A DNA stretch of 64,000 nucleotides, taken from IMG/VR virus record IMGVR_UViG_3300024348_000013, positions 46,677-110,676 of that record; one strand, written 5' to 3'. Positions 56,975 through 64,000 of the stretch are shown here, in pieces. The stretch comes from a virus. Taxonomy: Duplodnaviria > Heunggongvirae > Uroviricota > Caudoviricetes. The first letter of the stretch is position 1. The number at the start of each line of letters is the position of its first letter. Below the pieces are notes generated by a model. The model did not search any database, was not told the DNA's origin, and worked only from the letters and a program-made list of their open reading frames with translations. Position numbers and translations under genes: made by a program.

Positions 56975-57480
56975 ATAATTCTTTCAGTTTTTATAACCTT
57001 ACCAATTCTGGCAACAATAGTCATCGTATCACCCCTCATATTCCACATAGGTGCTATGACTGTATTGATACTACCATCTGCTGAATTATAACATACTCCA
57101 TTTATTGTAGGTACTTGTGCTGCTTTAAGATTCACTACCTTAATACTATCAACTATCTGCCATCCCAATCCTCTCCATGTCCTTCTATATATAGTTCCTA
57201 TTGTCTCTCCTTGCTTCAATACCCAATAGTGTGAACTTTCCCATTCTACCTTCTCACGTGGTTCATTTGGTATGTTTCCGTTCACCCTGATTGAACCCGA
57301 TATTGTATGAATGTTTTGTGTTTCAGTAGAATACATAGTAAAATAAGAATACCCATTTGCATCTTTCGGCAAACGGGTATCTATATTCAATTCGATATTC
57401 TTATTAGGACTGAACCAATCATCTTTACTGCACCCTACCATTAAAAACGATAATGTACAAATTAATGTTAGTATTCTCAT
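56965..57480 (-). CDS. lipoprotein
   Basis: MRILTLICTLSFLMVGCSKDD is a lipobox-type signal. Confidence 0.5.
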   Translation of the reverse strand: MRILTLICTLSFLMVGCSKDDWFSPNKNIELNIDTRLPKDANGYSYFTMYSTETQNIHTISGSIRVNGNIPNEPREKVEWESSHYWVLKQGETIGTIYRRTWRGLGWQIVDSIKVVNLKAAQVPTINGVCYNSADGSINTVIAPMWNMRGDTMTIVARIGKVIKTERIILK

Positions 57481-57481
57481 T

Positions 57482-57757
57482 TTATTTCACTTCGATTACT
57501 TTGGTAAAATTAAAACTTCTCCATCCCTGATTCTCAATATCCCATACAGTAATATTGTCAGATTCAACCGGCTGTCCATTCTCATCCAACTTTACAACCT
57601 TATCGGTTTTAGGATGAAACTCTTCCGGAATATCACTTGTTTTCTTTGTACAAACGATGAACCTCTCAGTTCCATCTGCTTTTGTGAAACGTAATTGTAC
57701 GATTTCAGTTTGTAACTTTTCTACTAATTCTTGCTTTGTAATTTGTAACGTGCTCAT
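57482..57757 (-). CDS. hypothetical protein
   Basis: ORF. Confidence 0.4.
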   Translation of the reverse strand: MSTLQITKQELVEKLQTEIVQLRFTKADGTERFIVCTKKTSDIPEEFHPKTDKVVKLDENGQPVESDNITVWDIENQGWRSFNFTKVIEVK

Positions 57758-57780
57758 ATCTATTTTGTTTTTAGGTTTTA

Positions 57781-58125
57781 TTAATAATCATATTCGTTTA
57801 AGAAACAATTTTGTTTACACATTGTCAATAAGAAAATGTTGTTTCTACAATCGGTATCTGCTCTACTAAGTGCCAGATATAAGTCGTTAGCAATTACGGC
57901 TTCAACGAAACCACCACCTGCGTAAGAACTCTTATCACGGGTACACATAATCGAAACCATAATATCCAAAATATGTTCACTTACATTTGTGAATCCATAC
58001 TCAATAGCGAATTTAGTAGCTCGCTCTCTACATTTTTCTCTAACATCCATAACTTTATTTTCTATATTATTTTGCTTTTCCCACATTATTTCATTTGGGT
58101 CTATATCATTGTTGTAAATTGCCAT
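57781..58125 (-). CDS. hypothetical protein
   Basis: ORF. Confidence 0.4.
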   Translation of the reverse strand: MAIYNNDIDPNEIMWEKQNNIENKVMDVREKCRERATKFAIEYGFTNVSEHILDIMVSIMCTRDKSSYAGGGFVEAVIANDLYLALSRADTDCRNNIFLLTMCKQNCFLNEYDY

Positions 58126-58143
58126 ATACTTTGTTTTTTATTT

Positions 58144-58551
58144 TTAATATTCATCTTCGTAATCCGTTTCATCGTAGAAATAACCCTGATAATCACAACT
58201 ATCAGGTCCAGCCATTTCATATACCCAACCATCAGCCATTTCAATTAAGTTAGGATAGTAAACACCTTCGGTGCCTACGCCACTACCATTATCTTTGAAT
58301 GCTGTACTAATACCAAATCCCCTAGCTTCATCGGTATATGTATCACCTGTTGAATCGGATGTAAATCCATTCATTTCAGCAAGTAACTCATAGTAATCTT
58401 TACCACCAAATACACCATACCCATCGTATTGTGTTTCAGTCCATACATTGCCTTTGTTATCAATCATTTGTACTCTAAACGTTTTAGTATTAGAGTAAGT
58501 GTTAGCGATACTTCTATCTGTATCTTGTGTTTTCCAACTGAAAAATCCCAT
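58144..58551 (-). CDS. hypothetical protein
   Basis: ORF, Gly/Tyr/Asp-rich. Confidence 0.4.
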   Translation of the reverse strand: MGFFSWKTQDTDRSIANTYSNTKTFRVQMIDNKGNVWTETQYDGYGVFGGKDYYELLAEMNGFTSDSTGDTYTDEARGFGISTAFKDNGSGVGTEGVYYPNLIEMADGWVYEMAGPDSCDYQGYFYDETDYEDEY

Positions 58552-58569
58552 AGTTTTAAATTTTAAATT

Positions 58570-58779
58570 TTAATAATCCGATTCTAAATATTCACCCGCG
58601 TTTAAATAATCATAGTATTTATCCCTACGATATGGATAATTGTTTTCATAACAATCATCACAATAATATCCTGTTGGAATGCCATATGAATCACTTCTTA
58701 ATTCAACATATGCTTTTTCCGTTTCCGTTGTATTAGAACAATCTCTACCCTTACAACAAATTGTATTTTCGTTATACAT
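58570..58779 (-). CDS. small Cys-rich protein
   Basis: CCKGRDC...YYCDDCY. Confidence 0.35.
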   Translation of the reverse strand: MYNENTICCKGRDCSNTTETEKAYVELRSDSYGIPTGYYCDDCYENNYPYRRDKYYDYLNAGEYLESDY

Positions 58780-59107
58780 TTTTTATTTCTTTTATATGTT
58801 TACAATCTTTACCTCTACCAAATCCATGCGCCGGACAACTACAATTCCAAATCCCACCATCGTTTACAACTTTATAGGTATTTCCTTTACTACCTTTAAC
58901 TTTGTACTCTTTTTTCACTTCGACTTTTTGTTCCCAACTCTTTGGCATTCCGTATGTAATCTTATCCCACATACTTTCTAATTCTGCCCAGCTATAACTT
59001 CTATCTACCTTAATCCAACCCTCACCGGTGCCTGTTGTAACAATATACCATTGTTTACTCGTAGGCCCCTGAAATGATATCGGAGGTAAAAACGATTTGA
59101 TTCTCAT
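58772..59107 (-). CDS. SWIM-type zinc-finger protein
   Basis: CSCPAHGFGRGKDCKHI. Confidence 0.4.
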   Translation of the reverse strand: MRIKSFLPPISFQGPTSKQWYIVTTGTGEGWIKVDRSYSWAELESMWDKITYGMPKSWEQKVEVKKEYKVKGSKGNTYKVVNDGGIWNCSCPAHGFGRGKDCKHIKEIKNV

Positions 59108-59125
59108 AAATTTTTGTTTAATTGT

Positions 59126-59485
59126 TTACAATCCCTGCTCTCTACGCAAGTCGTAATCTTCTTTTTCAATCTCCGAATATTCAACCACTTTTAAATAAGG
59201 GGCGAACTTCGTTTCATAGTAACCTCTAAGGTTAGCCATATCAATCAATGAATCGATGAATGACTTACGAACATAAGTCATATCGGATGAGCCAAATCCC
59301 TGGTCAGAATCCCAGTCAGAATAATCTTCGGCTACATCATTAAGAGCTTCATACACCGCATCGGCGTAAGTGATAACTCTTTTTGAATATTTCCCTTCAA
59401 CAGGGAAAGTGTTTTTGATTACATCAAATCCTTCGATTAACGAAGCTGATGCTAATACTGAATTAAGGTTAAATGGTAGTGACAT
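59126..59485 (-). CDS. hypothetical protein
   Basis: ORF with a weaker promoter-like box at 59530-59560. Confidence 0.45.
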   Translation of the reverse strand: MSLPFNLNSVLASASLIEGFDVIKNTFPVEGKYSKRVITYADAVYEALNDVAEDYSDWDSDQGFGSSDMTYVRKSFIDSLIDMANLRGYYETKFAPYLKVVEYSEIEKEDYDLRREQGL

Positions 59486-59572
59486 AGTGTGTAGTTTTAA
59501 AGTTTAAGTTTTATCGTTTTATTACATAGTAAATATACGCAAAATAACTGAGAAATCCAAGAGAAATCGTAA

Positions 59573-59773
59573 TTATTTTCGTTTATAAAATAGTAATTCT
59601 AATACCAAAAGAGAATAGAATATAGGTACATTCAACATGCAATTTTTCATTAATGATAATTGCCATAAGAAACTATGCCTTTCATCACTACCTTCTCTGG
59701 CCATTTTGTTATCAACCGATACCGCTATCGGAAATGATAATACCAGCCACAAAGTTAATATAGTTTGTATCAT
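59573..59773 (-). CDS. small membrane protein
   Basis: Two transmembrane helices. Confidence 0.35.
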   Translation of the reverse strand: MIQTILTLWLVLSFPIAVSVDNKMAREGSDERHSFLWQLSLMKNCMLNVPIFYSLLVLELLFYKRK

Positions 59774-59776
59774 AAT

Positions 59777-60403
59777 TTATTTAGTATTACTTCTAATCCA
59801 TTTGATAAAATCATTTTCAACAACCACCCAATTTGATGGATTAGCTAATCTAACTTCATAATTACCATTAGACATTTTAGATAGGTAACGACGAGTAGGT
59901 CGATTCTTATATGGTATAGTCAAACTTTTCAATATATGTGAGAAACTATTTGAACCGAATTCCTTTCTATAAAAATTCTGCATTTCGGTATATGTAGCAT
60001 CTCCTTGTAATTGTACAAAGTCTAAAATAGATTGTGTAACACCTTTGGGTTTATACTCCGATGTGAAAGGATTAGTGATAGGAAAGCTTGTAGTCATATG
60101 TGAAGCTTCATACCTTTGTTCATCTTGCTGTAACGTAGAAAGAAAATCCTCATCGGCTTCTTCGTTACTTACATAGTGAGGAAATGAATCTTCCGATAAA
60201 CGATTTTCCAACCATTCTTCTTTTTCGGATAATTCATCTTCTTTGTATTCATCTGCTTTTTCGTTAGTAAATTTTCTATTCAATTCCTCACAAATCTTAT
60301 CCAATAAAGAAGCGTTTAATTCTTTATCACATAACATACCTTTAGTGGCGGTAGTACCCAACGAATAAATGAGCTCGTTTAACTCTTTAATAGTGAAATT
60401 CAT
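59777..60403 (-). CDS. hypothetical protein (208 aa)
   Basis: Downstream of a conserved promoter. Confidence 0.5.
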   Translation of the reverse strand: MNFTIKELNELIYSLGTTATKGMLCDKELNASLLDKICEELNRKFTNEKADEYKEDELSEKEEWLENRLSEDSFPHYVSNEEADEDFLSTLQQDEQRYEASHMTTSFPITNPFTSEYKPKGVTQSILDFVQLQGDATYTEMQNFYRKEFGSNSFSHILKSLTIPYKNRPTRRYLSKMSNGNYEVRLANPSNWVVVENDFIKWIRSNTK

Positions 60404-60448
60404 ATTAGTTTAAATTTTAAGTTTTAAAGTTTATCTTTTTTTACTATG

Positions 60449-60480
60449 TAAATATACGCAATTTTCTCCATATTGCCAAA
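60449..60480 (-). promoter_or_regulatory. Bacteroidetes-type promoter (TTTG-N20-TATATTTA)
   Basis: Minus strand: TTTGGCAATATGGAGAAAATTGCGTATATTTACA. Confidence 0.6.
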
Positions 60481-60600
60481 TATTTCATCAGTTATTTTTG
60501 AGATTTTTATGTTATTTATACCCTATTTAGGGGGTCAGAACCCCTCAGGGAACCCCAAATTTCGATTCAAATACCCCAATAAGGTCAGTAATCCACCCGA

Positions 60601-60670
60601 CATATTATAGCGGTTTATATACATAACTCATTGAAACCCAATAAGTTATAACTCATTGATAATCAACGGG
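60601..60670. repeat. direct repeats ATAACTCATTGA x2 and GGTT(T)ATA(TA)CATAACT x2
   Basis: Read directly; same family as the 42549 and 44138 motifs. Confidence 0.5.
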
Positions 60671-61009
60671 TTATACATAACTAGCTTTACCATGCTCTTT
60701 GAGTAAATATTTCAATTGACCTACCATATTATCTTTATCAGCTATCCAATCGGCGGTAACACATACATCGGTTCTTTGTGAATCGAATATAAAAAAGTAA
60801 GCCGTTTCACGAGGCTGAGTAGATGAATATTGTGGTATGCCGATTCGTTCTAACATAATATCACATTTATCTTTTTTAACACCATCAACCCACTTTTCTA
60901 AATTTATTATGTATGTATCGTTGTGCACCCCTTCGTAGATATACTTAACTGTCCAATCATCGACCAAATCCTTATGATTTAATTTGTGATAGTTTTCTAT
61001 TGTTAGCAT
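60671..61009 (-). CDS. hypothetical protein
   Basis: ORF. Confidence 0.45.
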   Translation of the reverse strand: MLTIENYHKLNHKDLVDDWTVKYIYEGVHNDTYIINLEKWVDGVKKDKCDIMLERIGIPQYSSTQPRETAYFFIFDSQRTDVCVTADWIADKDNMVGQLKYLLKEHGKASYV

Positions 61010-61012
61010 GTT

Positions 61013-61210
61013 TTATCTTTTAAATTCAATTTTAGTTAATAGCATCATCGGAACGATTACCCACGCTAATAACATTGATGGGAAAATCTTAGCAATAACT
61101 TCCATTAAAGTAAAATCTTCTTTATCTTCAAATCTAGATGGGTTTTTGATTAACCAATATACTCCATAGATTGTTGTTAATATCCAATACCCAATTAATA
61201 TATTTATCAT
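61013..61210 (-). CDS. small membrane protein
   Basis: Two transmembrane helices. Confidence 0.4.
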   Translation of the reverse strand: MINILIGYWILTTIYGVYWLIKNPSRFEDKEDFTLMEVIAKIFPSMLLAWVIVPMMLLTKIEFKR

Positions 61211-61221
61211 AGTTTAAGTTT

Positions 61222-61383
61222 TAAAGTTCTTCAATAATTCCTAATATCTCAGCTACTATAAAGAAAGAACCAGCTGGAATTAATAACCCGTTACATAATG
61301 CGATACCTGCTACAATTCGTAGTATTGATTTAACGATACTAATTCGAAAGTGCCAATTTGTTTTTGATTCTTTTACTTGCATA
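61222..61383 (-). CDS. small membrane peptide (54 aa)
   Basis: MQVKESKTNWHFRISIVKSILRIVAGIALCNGLLIPAGSFFIVAEILGIIEEL; below the track cutoff. Confidence 0.35.
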
Positions 61384-61546
61384 TTATTTTATTTTTTTAT
61401 CGTATTGTTTTGTAATTGTGATTGATTGTAATTCGGTATTACTTTTTGCTATATTCATAACAGTCGAATAACTTAATCCCTTAATTGTAATCTTATCACC
61501 TGATTGCGATACTATTTCAATATCGTGCATTGTTTTATAATTCATA

Positions 61547-61858
61547 TTAATTGTGTTTCATTCCTTTACATACTCCATACCCCTGTCTCTGCGATAACTT
61601 ATATAAACGTTCCGCATCTTCCATTGGCATGATTTGTATTTCATTACCCGTTTTATGATTAGCGATTGCTACACCACCTACTCTTTGTACTGAACTACAA
61701 TTAACACAACTTCTGTAACCATATTTCACTACTCGTAAAACTGGCATATCACCACCACATTTAACACATTGTGTCATTTCTAATTTTACTTTCACTCCTT
61801 TCATATTATTATAATTCAAAGTTATCAAAATTGATTGAATTGCTTTTAAGGATATCAC
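61547..61858 (-). CDS. TraR/DksA-type C4 zinc-finger protein
   Basis: CVKCGGDMP...CVNCSS. Confidence 0.5.
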   Translation of the reverse strand: MISLKAIQSILITLNYNNMKGVKVKLEMTQCVKCGGDMPVLRVVKYGYRSCVNCSSVQRVGGVAIANHKTGNEIQIMPMEDAERLYKLSQRQGYGVCKGMKHN

Positions 61859-62099
61859 GCTCCCTATCGTATTGTTCAGCCTCAGCAGCTTCTAAGGCTT
61901 TGTTGATAGAGTCTACTCTAACCTGTCTACCCCACTTACCCATATTGTTTACGGGCTTAAACTCATTTTTCCAATAGTTTAATTCTTCTTTAAGTTTTTC
62001 TACTTTTTTCATATGTTTATATTTTAGTTTAAATAAATTAATTCCAATCCTTTGGGAAGTCCTACTAATACTTCCATTGCTATGTTTGTACTGAACATA

Positions 62100-62963
62100 T
62101 TATCTATCATTGTTTAATGTGAACAATTTCTTTTTCTTTTTCACTACGGGCGCAACTACATCATACACACTAAACTTACTATCCTTTGGTATAATGAATG
62201 CGTTATTAGCCGTATCGATTTTGTTACGAACAAACTTAAACTTCAATCCCACAATCACACCCTGCTCATCTAAGTATCTCATATCATACGCATCACCATC
62301 AATTACTTTGTAACCCATAAATGATATTGGTAATACCTTACCTTCAAATACCATAGCTACCCTACCTTTGTTTTTATTTAACAACTCCAATGATTGTAAC
62401 ATATTGTGTCCACTAAACGAATAAGTCAAATCGTAGTTAGGATAGAATTGTAATAACCCAAATCTCTTAGCTACCTTTGTATAATCATAGAATTGAACAT
62501 CATCAAATAATTCAAATAATACCATACCATTGTGTTGGAAACGGGTAGGTTCAATATCACTCGTACCATTTAAACGAACTGAAAACCTATAACCTAACTC
62601 ATCAGCTTTAGATTTAGCTTTCTCAATTTCAGTTACCAACCAACTCATAAAGAACTCTCTATGCTCAAAGAACAATTTAGTCTTTTTGATACGAGCTTTG
62701 TTGATAGCGTTCTTTTTAACGTCAATACGATTGTGACCTGATTCAGTCAAACACGCCGTTCTACATTCTTCGGTACTCATAGGACACACATTGTATCCAC
62801 TTAACGATGCCGGAGCAAGATACAAAATGTAAGTCATTTCGTTATACTTTAATCCTTTGGCGATTTTTGATGAAGATGCCACACTTCCTAAATAAGATAA
62901 ACCTGTTATCTTTTTAGCGTTACCCATTGTTGTAAATTTCATTGTAGTAGTTTTATTATTCAT
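62100..62963 (-). CDS. hypothetical protein (287 aa)
   Basis: Long ORF. Confidence 0.5.
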   Translation of the reverse strand: MNNKTTTMKFTTMGNAKKITGLSYLGSVASSSKIAKGLKYNEMTYILYLAPASLSGYNVCPMSTEECRTACLTESGHNRIDVKKNAINKARIKKTKLFFEHREFFMSWLVTEIEKAKSKADELGYRFSVRLNGTSDIEPTRFQHNGMVLFELFDDVQFYDYTKVAKRFGLLQFYPNYDLTYSFSGHNMLQSLELLNKNKGRVAMVFEGKVLPISFMGYKVIDGDAYDMRYLDEQGVIVGLKFKFVRNKIDTANNAFIIPKDSKFSVYDVVAPVVKKKKKLFTLNNDR

Positions 62964-62986
62964 AATAGTAGTTTTTATAGTTTAAA

Positions 62987-63373
62987 TTATTTAATGATAG
63001 TTGAATGTTCACAACTACCCGTCCTCATAGTGAACCAACTCCAATCTTCGTCAGAAACGAATCTATCCCAATTCGTACCTTTCACCATACAACGTTTAAC
63101 CCAATCGAACTTACATACATCGATTTCTTTTAAACATCTACGAACTGATGAATAGTAAGATGATGGATTACATTGTTTAGGATTATCACCTAACATCTTA
63201 ACCATTATACCCGTCCACATAGGAGCTGGGTTTGTGTTCATTTCAAACACTAATAAATCATATACCCTAATAAGGTACATTTTGTTTTGTGAATCATATC
63301 CGATTTTTGAATCGAATAAATCATAATCGAAGTTTACTTTACTCATATATGTATTTTTTGTTATATTACTCAT
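62987..63373 (-). CDS. hypothetical protein (128 aa)
   Basis: Downstream of a conserved promoter. Confidence 0.5.
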   Translation of the reverse strand: MSNITKNTYMSKVNFDYDLFDSKIGYDSQNKMYLIRVYDLLVFEMNTNPAPMWTGIMVKMLGDNPKQCNPSSYYSSVRRCLKEIDVCKFDWVKRCMVKGTNWDRFVSDEDWSWFTMRTGSCEHSTIIK

Positions 63374-63390
63374 TTTCTGCCTTTATTACA

Positions 63391-63422
63391 TAAAGATACA
63401 ACAATATTGGGACATGGCCAAA
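63391..63422 (-). promoter_or_regulatory. Bacteroidetes-type promoter (TTTG-N20-TATCTTTA)
   Basis: Minus strand: TTTGGCCATGTCCCAATATTGTTGTATCTTTATG. Confidence 0.6.
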
Positions 63423-63442
63423 TACTAAGGAAAGAATGTTTA

Positions 63443-63545
63443 TTGATAATCAACCAGTTAGCCAGAGTAGGTTGGGGACACTAGCTAACTGGTTGATACT
63501 CAATAAACTTTTTTTATATTGATTACCAACCAGTTATGAAATATG
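63443..63545. repeat. palindromic operator-like repeat (TCAACCAGTTAGC ... GCTAACTGGTTGA) plus a third half-site
   Basis: aatcaaccagttagc-N22-gctaactggttgatactcaataa ... ttgattaccaaccagttatg. Confidence 0.6.
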
Positions 63546-63598
63546 CCTAAAAATAGTGTTTTTTGAGGTACATATTACAAAAAATGTATATGTTTAAA

Positions 63599-63979
63599 CT
63601 AAAATAAGTGCGATAATCCCCTTGTATTGCTTCTTTTTAATTGAATATCTATTTCTGATTTTGTAGTACCTTCCTTCACTTGCTTTTTATACCACATATA
63701 TAAATCTTCCAATGTACCTTTACCTCTCTGTCTTTCTAATGATTTTTCCCACAAGTCCTTACCGAATTCTTTTTTCAATTCCATTTGTAATTTCCATAAA
63801 GTCATTTGCTCACTCTTAGCGGCTTCTATTTCCAATTTAATGGCTTTGATACGTTTCATCCTCCCAGCTTCTATCGCCGCTTCCTGACGATTCTTTTCAT
63901 CCGTACCACCATAATTCTTATAAGCCTGGTCATAGGCTTCTTTAGAGGATGCTCTTTGGGAAGCAGCTTCATTAAACAT
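63599..63979 (-). CDS. hypothetical coiled-coil protein
   Basis: 126-aa ORF. Confidence 0.45.
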   Translation of the reverse strand: MFNEAASQRASSKEAYDQAYKNYGGTDEKNRQEAAIEAGRMKRIKAIKLEIEAAKSEQMTLWKLQMELKKEFGKDLWEKSLERQRGKGTLEDLYMWYKKQVKEGTTKSEIDIQLKRSNTRGLSHLF

Positions 63980-64000
63980 ATAAGAATAATTAAAGTCACC

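Noticed and set aside
1-64000. CRISPR array, integrase, transposase or other mobile-element signatures
   Set aside because: No regularly spaced direct repeats with unique spacers were seen, and no integrase or transposase-like ORFs. The only nuclease of mobile character is the small GIY-YIG gene.

Overview
This window is an AT-rich (roughly 30% GC) double-stranded DNA phage genome segment, and essentially every gene is on the minus strand. Reading in the direction of transcription (64 kb down to 1), it contains five main blocks:

- **60 kb → 40 kb: early-type region.** Dozens of small genes with no recognisable homologues, mixed with a secreted NlpC/P60 peptidase (a likely cell-wall-degrading endolysin), an SPFH/band-7 protein, a flavodoxin-like oxidoreductase, a TraR/DksA zinc-finger protein and a GIY-YIG homing endonuclease. 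Many of these genes are preceded by one conserved promoter of the Bacteroidetes type (TTTG, then 19-21 nt, then TAnnTTTG).
- **39.6-45.4 kb: compositionally distinct island.** Higher GC than the rest, gene-poor, repeat-rich, and it carries a tRNA-like gene.
- **37.5 kb → 21.7 kb: accessory enzyme cluster.** Two paralogous Cys-loop proteins, a candidate glycosyltransferase, a 549-residue protein with a cysteine-rich tail plus a zinc ribbon, two 2-oxoglutarate/Fe(II) oxygenases, a sulfotransferase, SGNH-like hydrolases, an HD hydrolase, an Hsp20 small heat-shock protein, the UV-damage endonuclease UvdE, an NMN-adenylyltransferase-like enzyme, peptide deformylase, a gp55-like late sigma factor and a NodU/CmcH carbamoyltransferase.
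- **21.7 kb → 3.7 kb: structural module.** Baseplate proteins (gp6/J-like, gp25/W-like), tail-fibre-like proteins including a 1763-residue giant, and two paralogous fibres.
- **3.4 kb → 1: T4-like replication and repair module.** A T7 endonuclease I-like resolvase, a DnaG-type primase, an Mre11/SbcD-like nuclease and the N-terminus of a Rad50/SbcC-like ATPase.

The promoter architecture and composition point to a host in the Bacteroidetes (Flavobacteriia-like). The best candidate for a previously undescribed system is the phage-borne cluster of tailoring enzymes at 29-37.5 kb, which pairs sulfotransferase, SGNH, oxygenase and HD enzymes with cysteine-rich proteins. The iteron and operator repeats in the GC-shifted island are the second most interesting feature.
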